This document shows positions 28,946-37,838 of a DNA stretch of 64,000 nucleotides, one piece after another. Numbering within the stretch: position 1 is the first letter of the stretch; every line of letters starts with the position of its first letter. The translations under genes and the position numbers were made by a program. This DNA is from a bacterium (GTDB lineage: Bacteria > UBA8248): positions 1,312,001 through 1,376,000 of the forward strand of contig CBDCRP010000003.1 in the NCBI GenBank assembly GCA_965221165.1, given 5' to 3'. The notes beneath the pieces were generated by a model that was not told the DNA's origin, ran no database searches, and was given only the letters and a program-made list of their open reading frames with translations.

Positions 28946-30406
28946 TCAACCTGCCTGTGAGCGCATCGCCTTTTCGTATAAATCGACATAGCGGGGCGCG
29001 ACGCCGTCCCAGCCGGAGTTCTTCTCCATCGCGTTGCGCATCATCATACGCCAAAGCCTCTGATTCAAAAACACTTGGCAAATCGCCTTCATCCCGGCGA
29101 GGAAATCGGCAGGAGCGAACGCGTCGAAATGAAAGCCGGTGTCCACGTCCGGCTCGGGCACGGGAGATGAGTGAACAGAATCCGCGAGCCCGCCGACCCG
29201 CCGCACGTAAGGGAGAGCGCCGTAGCGCATGGCGTATAGCTGGTTCAGGCCCGAAGGTTCATAGCGCGAGGGCATCAGCAACACGTCGCCCCCCGCGTAC
29301 ATGCGGTGAGAGAGCGCCTCATCATAAGCGGGCGCGAACGCCACCCGGCCCGGATAGGCCGCGGCGGCCTCGGCCAGGGCTTCCTCCAACTCCTCCTCGC
29401 CGGTTCCCAGGACGGCCAGGCTCATGCCTGAGTCCATCAACTCGTCCATGGTTTCTAAAATCAGGTCGATTCCCTTCTGATGCGCCAGCCGCGAGACGAC
29501 GACGCACAAAGGGCCCTTCGAATCCGGGTCCAATCCCAATTCCGCCTGAAGCGCAGCCTTGCACTTCGCCTTCGCTTCCGGATGCGCGCTCGAGAAGGCG
29601 GCCGGAATATGAGGGTCGCTCTCCGGGTTCCAGACCGCCTCGTCGATGCCGTTCATGATGCCGAACAAAGAGGATGATCTCCGGGCGACCACCCCTTCCA
29701 TTCCCTCCCCCTGCTCTTGCGTCCGCATCTCTTCGGCATACCTCTCGCTCACGGTGGAGAAGGCGTCGCTGAACAAGATGCCGCCCTTCATGAAGTTCAC
29801 GTCGCCATGAAATTCCAGGCCCTCAAAACCCATCGCCTCATCGGGCAGGCACGTGTGCGCGAAATCATCCGGGTGGAAGCGGCCCTGGTACGCCAGGTTG
29901 TGAATGGTGAAAACGGTGGAAACACCGCTCCACCTCGCATCCTCCGCGCGGCGATATTTCAGCAATGGCGGTATCAAGGCGCCTTGCCAGTCATGGCAAT
30001 GGATGATGGAGGGGTACGCCCCTTCCCGCTCCATGTGGGAGAGAGCGCCCCGGGTGAGGCGCGCGAAACGCTCCGCGTTGTCGGGAAACGCCCCGCCTGA
30101 GTCTCCGTAAAACCCATCCCTATCGAACAGGTCATCGGCGGCGACGAGTTTGACCGAAACACCCTCGTGTTCGAGCGAGAACACCTCGTAGCGCGCATCC
30201 GAGAAGACGTCCGCCACCTGCGCGGGGGGAGCCGGCTTATATTTTTGAAGGATCACGCGATATGCAGGAAGATAAACGCAAACCCGGTGACCCATCCGCC
30301 CCAGGGCCGGCGGCAGCGCGCCGATGACGTCCCCGAGTCCGCCTGATTTCGCGAAGGGAAACATCTCGCTCGCCGCCATGGTGATTTCCATTGGTTCGTC
30401 CTTCAT
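28946..30406 (-). CDS. glgA: Glycogen synthase
   Basis: KSGGLGDV, HCHDWQ, TIHNLAYQG, MPSRYEPSGL. Confidence 0.96.
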   Translation of the reverse strand: MKDEPMEITMAASEMFPFAKSGGLGDVIGALPPALGRMGHRVCVYLPAYRVILQKYKPAPPAQVADVFSDARYEVFSLEHEGVSVKLVAADDLFDRDGFYGDSGGAFPDNAERFARLTRGALSHMEREGAYPSIIHCHDWQGALIPPLLKYRRAEDARWSGVSTVFTIHNLAYQGRFHPDDFAHTCLPDEAMGFEGLEFHGDVNFMKGGILFSDAFSTVSERYAEEMRTQEQGEGMEGVVARRSSSLFGIMNGIDEAVWNPESDPHIPAAFSSAHPEAKAKCKAALQAELGLDPDSKGPLCVVVSRLAHQKGIDLILETMDELMDSGMSLAVLGTGEEELEEALAEAAAAYPGRVAFAPAYDEALSHRMYAGGDVLLMPSRYEPSGLNQLYAMRYGALPYVRRVGGLADSVHSSPVPEPDVDTGFHFDAFAPADFLAGMKAICQVFLNQRLWRMMMRNAMEKNSGWDGVAPRYVDLYEKAMRSQAG

Positions 30407-30554
30407 GCCACGTACTCCCTGGTGCATCGGTTTTCGGTTTTTCGTCTTACCGGCTCATGCTTTCGATACTCTAAGCCATCGCCAACCTATACATGAATCA
30501 TAACGCTTATGTTACAATCGAATGAAGGATTCATGAAAAAGGCGTGGAGGTTCC

Positions 30555-30962
30555 ATGCGATACCTGGTGCGCGGAAAAATGATTGAGGGCAAAGGCGCCG
30601 CTCTGCTCGAAGCCATCGAGTCCGGCGAACTCGGGCGCGGCTCCATCGCGCACGGAACTTTCCTGAAATGCATGAAAGACGCGAGGCTGACCACGGAGGG
30701 CGAGGTTCGCTGGCTCGAGGTCTGCTACTGCCGCGAGGCGTTCGGGCCGGGCTACGAGTTGTATGAAGAACTGCCTTACTGGGAGGCGTATTTCGAGGAG
30801 ATCGACGTGCGCTTCGCCCGAAAACCCGAAGATTGCGAGGGCTATCCCGTCTGCGGGGATTGTGATTGCACGGAAAGACTCGAGGCGAAACTGGATAAAC
30901 TGGGCGTCCCCTTTTTCAAGCATCTGAGAAAATCCGTATCTTCTCCTAAAGCCTCACGATGA
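30555..30962 (+). CDS. Cys-rich hypothetical protein
   Basis: GGAGG SD; CYC and CxxxxxCxxCxC clusters; host-like codon usage. Confidence 0.7.
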   Translation: MRYLVRGKMIEGKGAALLEAIESGELGRGSIAHGTFLKCMKDARLTTEGEVRWLEVCYCREAFGPGYELYEELPYWEAYFEEIDVRFARKPEDCEGYPVCGDCDCTERLEAKLDKLGVPFFKHLRKSVSSPKASR

Positions 30963-31940
30963 GTCGGCCCAACGCGCGGGTCCTACTTTTTTGGTGAGCT
31001 TCCACCTGTCGTGAATCCATAGGTACTGCTCCGGTCCCTTTCGGATAAAGTTTTCCGTCTCCTCGTTCACCGCCCTCGTGAGCCTCTCGATTTCCTTCCT
31101 CGCGCTTCGCGCGCTCATATCGGGCGCTATCGGCTCGCTGAGCAAAACCTGATAGCGCCGGTCATCGCCTTTTCTCAGGCATGCGATCAACACGATGGGC
31201 CGGTTGTAGAGAACCGCGAGCGCGGCGGGGGCGGGCGTCGTCCTGGCGGGCTTGCCGAAAAACGGCGCGTCTATTCCCTCACCGCCCGCGTTCTGATCGG
31301 CTAGAATCGCTACCGAACGGCCCTTGCGCAGCGCCTCGCGCAGATGGAAAAAAGCGTTTTTCTTGGCGAGTATCTCCTGCCCGGAGGATGCGCGCATTTC
31401 ATGCAGCGCGGCTTCGAGCTTCCGGTTGTCCAGGGGACGCACGGGGATGGTGAGCGGAATCCCCGCCAGCGCGCCGGCATGGGCGAGACATTCCCAATTC
31501 CCCAGATGCGGCACGACGAACACGCAGCCACCCGCATCCACATGAACCGCGCGTACTTTGTCGAATATCTCCTCCGCCCCGTCCACGACCTCGCGCATCG
31601 TCTCGCTCGCCCGGCGCGGCTCGAAGCGATAGAGAAACTTCGCAGCCTCCAGACAAGTGAGGACGAACGCCTGGCAACTGCGCTTCGCCAGAACGAGGCG
31701 CTGTTCCTCGTCGAGTTCGGGAAACGCAATGCGCAGGTTGGCGCGCGCAATGCGCCTCCTCCTGGGAGCCAGGCGAAAAATCGCCTCTCCCGCCACGGCG
31801 GAAAACGCGCGGCAAGCCCCGTAGGGCAGCAGACGAACCACGCTCAGAAGCGAAACGAGCAAGGCGTATTCCACCCATTGGTGAAGCGCGCTCTTGTGCT
31901 TGCCGTGCTTCCTCCTGGTGCGTTTCTCGGATTTGTTCAC
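30954..31940 (-). CDS. LpxL/HtrB-family lipid acyltransferase
   Basis: N-terminal membrane anchor, PHLGNWE, LADQ, PFFG, PEQYLWIHDRWK; GTGA overlap with the upstream gene. Confidence 0.9.
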   Translation of the reverse strand: MNKSEKRTRRKHGKHKSALHQWVEYALLVSLLSVVRLLPYGACRAFSAVAGEAIFRLAPRRRRIARANLRIAFPELDEEQRLVLAKRSCQAFVLTCLEAAKFLYRFEPRRASETMREVVDGAEEIFDKVRAVHVDAGGCVFVVPHLGNWECLAHAGALAGIPLTIPVRPLDNRKLEAALHEMRASSGQEILAKKNAFFHLREALRKGRSVAILADQNAGGEGIDAPFFGKPARTTPAPAALAVLYNRPIVLIACLRKGDDRRYQVLLSEPIAPDMSARSARKEIERLTRAVNEETENFIRKGPEQYLWIHDRWKLTKKVGPARWADSS

Positions 31941-33235
31941 TGTGCGGCGACGATGGTCGCGGAGGATTGCCCGCCGATGCCGTGACTCAGGGACAAGAAC
32001 GCAGCCCCCGTGACGGCGCATTCTTCGGTGGGGATGTGGAGGGCCTCGAACGCATCGTCTTTTTGCTCGAGACCCGGCGTGGGCGGGAGGCGGCCGTCTT
32101 TCAGGGCGGAGAGCCCCAGGATAATCTCGCCCAAATCACTGGCGGAACCCATATGTCCCGTATAGGGCTTCCAGCCTGCGAGCGGGCTCGAACCTTCCGC
32201 CTTGTCGCAATACGAGAGCAAGGCGGACAATTCGCCCGCGTCTCCTTGCGGAGTCGCGCTCCCGTGGGGAAGGATGAAGGCCAACTCATCGGGTGCGAGA
32301 CCCGCCTCGGTCATCGCCGATTCCACCGAATGAAGCACCGCTTCGGTGGGAACGGGAATATAGCGTTCAGAGGAGAATTCCTGGCAATTCGCCGCGCCGA
32401 TGACGCGGCCCAGGGGCTCGGCACCCCGCGCCCGGGCGGATTCGGCGCTCTCCAGCACCAGAGCGGCGGCCCCTTCTCCGGGGAAGAATCCATCGCGCCT
32501 CCTGTCGAAAGGCCGAAACGACGCAGGACCATTCTTAGCCTGGGAGAGAATCCCCAGGCCGTCGAGTTCCAGAAGCATCACGGGGTGCGCCCAGCTTCCG
32601 CATCCCACGACCAGGCCGACGTCGGCCTCGCCGAAGCGAAGCACGCGATCGCAATTCTCGAGCGCCTGCGCGCCGCAGGAGGAAAGGCTGGAAAAACTGC
32701 CGTTCGGCCCCATGAACTCGTACATGGCCGATAGATAGCTGAAAAGATTGTTGGGCAGGCCTTCGAGCAGGAAAAAAGGGCTTACCTTGTGGAGCGCCGC
32801 TTCGTTCAGGGACTCGGGCTTCGGGAAATCCCACGCCTCGCCGGCGGTCTGTTTCAGGGCGGCGTAGAAATCCACATAGCCCACCCTCGTGAAATCACCG
32901 GCGCCCACATAGAGGGCCTTTCTCTCGGGCGCCGCCTCTCCTATGTCGAGGCCGGCGCAAGCCACCGCTTCCGCCGCCGCGTAAAGCCCCAGGATGGAGC
33001 TTCTGTTCAGGAATTTTCGCTGGCTCGCGAGTCTGGGCGGCACCTCGGGCGGGTCTTCATGGCCGGGGATTCTGCCCTGGTAGAGAAAATTATCCGGAAG
33101 GGATTCACTCTCCTCGCTTTGGTGACGGGAGACCCCGCCTGTTCCGGCGCAAAACGCCCTCCAGTTCTCCGAGGCGTTCTCGCCCACGGAGGTGAGCAGC
33201 CCTACGCCCGTGATCCACACATCCGCGCCTCGCAT
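31937..33235 (-). CDS. Ketosynthase-like protein with Ser at the catalytic Cys position (chain-length-factor-like)
   Basis: FabF fold motifs (RPFDRRRDG, GEGAAAL, PHGSAT, KPYTGH); SLSSCGAQA aligns to SACAAGAQA. Confidence 0.8.
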   Translation of the reverse strand: MRGADVWITGVGLLTSVGENASENWRAFCAGTGGVSRHQSEESESLPDNFLYQGRIPGHEDPPEVPPRLASQRKFLNRSSILGLYAAAEAVACAGLDIGEAAPERKALYVGAGDFTRVGYVDFYAALKQTAGEAWDFPKPESLNEAALHKVSPFFLLEGLPNNLFSYLSAMYEFMGPNGSFSSLSSCGAQALENCDRVLRFGEADVGLVVGCGSWAHPVMLLELDGLGILSQAKNGPASFRPFDRRRDGFFPGEGAAALVLESAESARARGAEPLGRVIGAANCQEFSSERYIPVPTEAVLHSVESAMTEAGLAPDELAFILPHGSATPQGDAGELSALLSYCDKAEGSSPLAGWKPYTGHMGSASDLGEIILGLSALKDGRLPPTPGLEQKDDAFEALHIPTEECAVTGAAFLSLSHGIGGQSSATIVAAQ

Positions 33236-33247
33236 CGGTCATCCCAC

Positions 33248-33700
33248 CTAGCTCAACCGAATCTCGCGGCCGAGAACACGAAAATGGTGGCGCTGCTCTT
33301 CGGGATCTTCATAATCCGCAAGCGGCACCACCTTTCCACCAAAATCGGCGACCACCCGACGCTCCCCCTCCACAGTGGCCACGCCCCTGAAATGTTTAAG
33401 TCCCTCTTCCTCTCCTCGCGCCTCCACGTTCAGGAGGACCTGATCTCCGGGAAAGGCGAATCCATAGTACCTGACGCTGCAAACCTTTTCCAAAAGAATC
33501 CAGTTCGCAAAATCAGAACCCGCCGCCTCGAGCCAACCGGCAAGCTGGACGAGACCCTCGAATATCAGCGCACCCGGCATGACGGGAAACCGGGGAAAGT
33601 GAAACTCCAGAAAATCCTCGCTCATCGTAACGTTCTTCACGCCCTGGATGGAGGCTCCCGCCTCCCACGCCATTACCCTGTCCACGAGCATGTATCTCAA
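33248..33700 (-). CDS. FabZ-like 3-hydroxyacyl-ACP dehydratase
   Basis: LVDRV, KNVT, HFPRFPVMPGALIFE, PGDQV. Confidence 0.88.
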   Translation of the reverse strand: MRYMLVDRVMAWEAGASIQGVKNVTMSEDFLEFHFPRFPVMPGALIFEGLVQLAGWLEAAGSDFANWILLEKVCSVRYYGFAFPGDQVLLNVEARGEEEGLKHFRGVATVEGERRVVADFGGKVVPLADYEDPEEQRHHFRVLGREIRLS

Positions 33701-33721
33701 AACAACGACTCCCTGGCCGAC

Positions 33722-34129
33722 TTATTCCGGCCCGTCAACGCTCAAGAGAATCACCTGGGCCACCGCCAATTCCAGCGTATGGCTCAGCGAAATGGTGGAC
33801 TGGGTGATCTTCTTTCGCGCGCTCATGCGCTCCATCGAACCGCTCAGTTTGAGCGTGGGCTTGCCCGAGGCCGCCGATTCCACCTCGATCTCGCGCAGGC
33901 GGTCCCGACCGCCCAGCCCGCCCGGCTCGGAGAGGCCGAGGCCGAAAGCCTTGAGGCAGGCCTCTTTCGCCGCGAAGCGGGCGGCGAAATGGGGGTAGGG
34001 ATTGCGGCGCTTCAAGCAGTAGGCGCGCTCGGCTTCCGTGAACACGTCTTCTCGAAACGCCTCGTGGCGCTCGTAGGCTTCCTTCAAGCGCGCCACCTCC
34101 ACCAAATCCACACCCTGGTACAGCCGCAT
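33722..34129 (-). CDS. acpS: Holo-ACP synthase (phosphopantetheinyl transferase)
   Basis: GVDLVE, FAARFAAKEACLKA, GKP, SLSH. Confidence 0.92.
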   Translation of the reverse strand: MRLYQGVDLVEVARLKEAYERHEAFREDVFTEAERAYCLKRRNPYPHFAARFAAKEACLKAFGLGLSEPGGLGGRDRLREIEVESAASGKPTLKLSGSMERMSARKKITQSTISLSHTLELAVAQVILLSVDGPE

Positions 34130-34147
34130 CCCCAAAACTCCTCCGCT

Positions 34148-34900
34148 CTAGCCGGTGAGCAGACCGCCATCCACGGCTATCGCCTGACCGGTGATGTAAT
34201 CCGATTGCGCAGACGCCAGGAACACCACGAGCTTGGCCACGTCCTCGGGCTCTCCGAAGCGGCCCGCCGGTATGCGCTCCATAATCACGTCTCCACCTTT
34301 CTCGCGCACGCGCTCGCTCATGTCGGTGACGATCATGCCCGGCAAAATGGCGTTGAACTGAATACCCCGTTTTCCCATCTCGGCGGCGCAGGCGCGCATG
34401 AAGGCGATGATGCCCGCCTTGGCGGAAGCGTAGTTCGTCTGCCCGGCTCCGCCCGAGACCCCCATGACGGAGGAGATGCTGATCACCTTGCCGGAACGCT
34501 TCCTGAGCATTATCTCGCCGGCCGCCTTCGTGCAGTGATAGGCGCCGTCCAGGCTCACGCCGATGACCTTCCGCCAGCCGGCGGGCTTCATCGTGAGCAG
34601 CAGACCGTCTTGAATGACGCCCGCGTTGTTCACCAAAATGTCGAGCGTGCCGAAATCCGCCTTCACCTTTTCGAACATCGCCGTCACCTCCTCGTAGGAG
34701 GAGACGTCGGCCTGGTAGGTGAGCGCCTTGCCGCCGGCTGACTCGATCTCTCGTTTCAATTCCTCGGCGGCCTCGGCCGAGCGGCTGTAGTTGATCGCCA
34801 CCGAAGCGCCCGCATCGGCCAGGGCCGCGCAGCAGGCGCGGCCGATACCCCGCCCGCCTCCGGTCACCAGCGCAATTTTTCCGCTCAAATCGATTTTCAT
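34148..34900 (-). CDS. fabG: 3-oxoacyl-ACP reductase
   Basis: TGGGRGIG, NNAG, YASAK, ITGQAIAVDGG. Confidence 0.9.
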   Translation of the reverse strand: MKIDLSGKIALVTGGGRGIGRACCAALADAGASVAINYSRSAEAAEELKREIESAGGKALTYQADVSSYEEVTAMFEKVKADFGTLDILVNNAGVIQDGLLLTMKPAGWRKVIGVSLDGAYHCTKAAGEIMLRKRSGKVISISSVMGVSGGAGQTNYASAKAGIIAFMRACAAEMGKRGIQFNAILPGMIVTDMSERVREKGGDVIMERIPAGRFGEPEDVAKLVVFLASAQSDYITGQAIAVDGGLLTG

Positions 34901-34917
34901 TCTACATCACCTTTCTT

Positions 34918-36183
34918 CTAGGCTGCTTTTCTCACGAGGAGGGTGGCATTTTGCCCGCCGAAGCCGAATGAGTTCGTGATGGCGGCGGGCACGGGCATTT
35001 TTCTCGCCCCCTCGGCCACGTAGTCGAGATCGCACTTCGGGTCCGGGTTCTCCAGGTTCGTCGTAGGATGCACGATGTCGCGAGCGACGCTCAAGGCCGT
35101 GAAGATGAACTCGGGCGCGCCGCAGGCGGCGATTAAATGTCCGACCATGGATTTGGACGAACTCACCGCCAGCGAATCCGCCCGCGCGCCGAAAACCTCG
35201 CGAATCGCCCTGGTCTCGACCGGATCGTTGAGCTTCGTGCCCGTGCCGTGCGCGTTGACATAGGCGACGTCGGCAGGCTCAAGGCCCGCATCTTCTATCG
35301 CCTCGCTCATCGAGCGAACCGCACCCCGGCCCGCCGGGTGCGGGGCCGTCACCTGATGGGCGTCCATGCTCGCGCCATAGCCCGACAGGGCGGCGTAGGG
35401 CGCAGCGCCCCTCTCCCGCGCATGGGCTTCTGATTCGAGAACCACCACGCCCGCTCCCTCGCCCACGGCGAGGCCGGAGCGTTTCCTGTCGAACGGACGG
35501 CAAATGGGGTCTTTGGATGTAGACGCCGCTCCCAGCAGCAGGAATATGGCCATCCCGACGGGATGGATCATCGAATCGGCCCCGCCGCAAAGAACCACGT
35601 CCGCTTCTCCCCTGCGGATCATGCGCATCCCGAGGCCTATCGCCTGGCCCGCCGCCGCACAGGCGGAGGTGATGGTGCCGGTGGGACCCGCGAGTTCAAA
35701 CCACTCCGCAATCTTCGACGTCGCCCGCTCGGGCGGATTGTTGAAGTAGCCAGAAGCGTGCGTCTTGTCGAGTTCTTTGGCGAAACGCACGGCGTCAAAA
35801 CCGTTTTCTGGGTCCGCCCAGGCGGAAAAATCCTCCAGCCGATAGCTGCTGAGCCCGGTTCCCATCACCACGCCCGCGCGCTCGGGCGCGTAATCGCCGG
35901 GGCGCATTCCGGCGTCCGCCACCGCGCCCTGCGCGGCATCGAGCGCAAACAACACCCTGCGCTCGCCCTCTCCCGCATATTCTTCGGGCAGCCTCTCCCT
36001 GATGGCGGAAAGCGCCTCCTCCGAGACCTCGCCCGCCCCGGCGATGGGCAGCGTTTTCGCGTCGAAAGATTCTATCGGCGCGAGGCCCGATTCACCCGCC
36101 AGCGCCTTATCCCACGAGGTTTCCACGTCGGCGCCCAGCGAGATCACCATGCCGAGGCCGGTGATGAAGACCTGCGCGCTCAT
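34918..36183 (-). CDS. FabF-type ketosynthase (intact Cys-His-His)
   Basis: TSACAAAG, NAHGTGT, KSMVGH, NSFGFGGQN. Confidence 0.92.
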   Translation of the reverse strand: MSAQVFITGLGMVISLGADVETSWDKALAGESGLAPIESFDAKTLPIAGAGEVSEEALSAIRERLPEEYAGEGERRVLFALDAAQGAVADAGMRPGDYAPERAGVVMGTGLSSYRLEDFSAWADPENGFDAVRFAKELDKTHASGYFNNPPERATSKIAEWFELAGPTGTITSACAAAGQAIGLGMRMIRRGEADVVLCGGADSMIHPVGMAIFLLLGAASTSKDPICRPFDRKRSGLAVGEGAGVVVLESEAHARERGAAPYAALSGYGASMDAHQVTAPHPAGRGAVRSMSEAIEDAGLEPADVAYVNAHGTGTKLNDPVETRAIREVFGARADSLAVSSSKSMVGHLIAACGAPEFIFTALSVARDIVHPTTNLENPDPKCDLDYVAEGARKMPVPAAITNSFGFGGQNATLLVRKAA

Positions 36184-36632
36184 GCACTCGCCTCGAACTC
36201 CAGCCAGCCGTAGCTTCTGAAGCGCTCTTTCAGGCCACCGGGGTCATCGTTGGGAAAATGGGGATACACGAATCGCTCCGCTTTGGCCACGGGGACGCCG
36301 TCTTTTTCAACGCGCGCGCGGCACAGGCTCGCCTGCTCGTTCGTATCGATCATCTCGCCATGAATCTCCAAAGACACTCCCGGGCGCAGGTCGCTCGCCA
36401 CTTCCACGTCGTCGATGAGCGAGATGACGCATGAGGTCTTGAAATCATACGTGTAGACCACGAGCCATCCCGTAATCTGAGCCATCGCCTCTATCAGGAC
36501 CGAGCCGGGCACCCGGGGCGCGCGCCTGAAATGCGCGTTCAGATACGCTTCCGACAAGGGAAACGTCTTGATCCCCAGGATGCGTTCTCCGCGCACCACT
36601 TCCTTAATCTGATCGAAAAAGAGAAGACGCAA
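36180..36632 (-). CDS. FabA/FabZ-like dehydratase
   Basis: HFRRAPRVPGSVLIEAMAQ. Confidence 0.82.
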   Translation of the reverse strand: MRLLFFDQIKEVVRGERILGIKTFPLSEAYLNAHFRRAPRVPGSVLIEAMAQITGWLVVYTYDFKTSCVISLIDDVEVASDLRPGVSLEIHGEMIDTNEQASLCRARVEKDGVPVAKAERFVYPHFPNDDPGGLKERFRSYGWLEFEASA

Positions 36633-36647
36633 TTTCCCGTTCTCCCG

Positions 36648-37838
36648 TCAAACGCTTTTCCCCACCACGAACCCTGAGCATACGCCGTCGAAACCCTGGA
36701 GGAGAACGAGCGCGTTTTGCAGTTCATCCGGCTCGGGGCCACCCGCCGCGCCCTGAAACAATTCCTCCATCATCCCGGGAGGCGGTAACGATCCGGCCTC
36801 GGCCAAGGCTCTGAGCGCGATGATCAAGTCCAGCGCCGGACTCCCCCCCCAAAGGTGGCCGAATATGCCCTTCGTCGCAAGCCCCCAAGGCTTGTGGCTC
36901 CCGAAAATGGCGGAAATCGCTCCCGCCTCCGCTCCATCCGCCCGGGGTTCCCCCTCTCCATGGATCACGAGGAGGTCCACTTTCTCAGGCGCGAGGCCCG
37001 CGCGGGACAGGGCGGCTTGCGCCGAATCTTGAATCGCCCAGGCGAGGCCGCCTCGTTTTTTAAGCGCACGAACCGAAGAACAACCCTTGAGCCAGCCAAG
37101 TATTTTATCTCCATCGGCATCATCCAACCCCTCGAAGCGAATCACCCCCGCGCCCTCGCCCAGCCCCCACGCGGCGGGCCACGCGCCGCGCTTCACCGCG
37201 CGGGCCAGCATCCGGGCGGAAACCACCCCGCTCACGCCGGCGGAAAGAGCGAGCCTCGCCTTGCCCAGAGCCACCGAAGCCGCCGCCTCGCAAATGGCGC
37301 GCGCCGTCGCCCCAGCACCTGCGCTGAAAACAGCGTTCTCGCCTCGCCACCCGTGCTGAATCGCCACCTGGCTGAAGCCTATCGCGTTCAGCAAGCCGAG
37401 CGGCCACAGGGGGGGGATGGTGTCCATCCCCTCGGTGAAGAAATGCCCGAGGTCCACCTGACTTCTCGATTCTCTCACCGCACCCTGCAAATCGTCTTTT
37501 CCCGGATCGACCGAGTCCATCCCTGCGAAAAAGGCGACCTCCTCCCCGGCCATCTCTAAATTGACGGGAGCATCGGCCAGCGCATCGTGAACCGCCGCCA
37601 GGAGCATATGGGTATGATGGCCCATGAGCCTCGCCGCGCGACGATCCGCGCCGATGGATTCGGGGTCGATCGGCTCACACCTTGCCGTTTTAAGCGGAGG
37701 AAAACCGGCGAGTTCGGGGTCGGCGTCGGGAGAGAGGAGGGAGCGGCCCGCGCAAAGCGCCTCCCAGGCGGGTTCGACGCCCCGTCCCGCCGCCGTTACC
37801 AGGCCGACCCCGGTGATGGGGAGGGGCGGAGACTTCAC
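36648..37838 (-). CDS. Degenerate ketosynthase lacking the catalytic Cys (chain-length-factor-like)
   Basis: ITGVGLVT, GEGAG, IHGEG, TKGIFGH; SAGAGATARA replaces SACAAG; GTGA overlap with the preceding KS. Confidence 0.78.
   Translation of the reverse strand: MKSPPLPITGVGLVTAAGRGVEPAWEALCAGRSLLSPDADPELAGFPPLKTARCEPIDPESIGADRRAARLMGHHTHMLLAAVHDALADAPVNLEMAGEEVAFFAGMDSVDPGKDDLQGAVRESRSQVDLGHFFTEGMDTIPPLWPLGLLNAIGFSQVAIQHGWRGENAVFSAGAGATARAICEAAASVALGKARLALSAGVSGVVSARMLARAVKRGAWPAAWGLGEGAGVIRFEGLDDADGDKILGWLKGCSSVRALKKRGGLAWAIQDSAQAALSRAGLAPEKVDLLVIHGEGEPRADGAEAGAISAIFGSHKPWGLATKGIFGHLWGGSPALDLIIALRALAEAGSLPPPGMMEELFQGAAGGPEPDELQNALVLLQGFDGVCSGFVVGKSV

Noticed and set aside
30499-30517. TTATGTTACAA resembling the XerD arm of dif
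   Set aside because: Only 3 nt separate the inverted arms (dif has 6) and there is no XerC-like arm.
32789-34741. 650-aa plus-strand ORF, and similar long ORFs at 4328-5500, 14269-15597, 43993-45423, 50680-51894 and 56806-58431
   Set aside because: They lie antisense to well-supported genes, carry no motifs, and are expected in GC-rich DNA.
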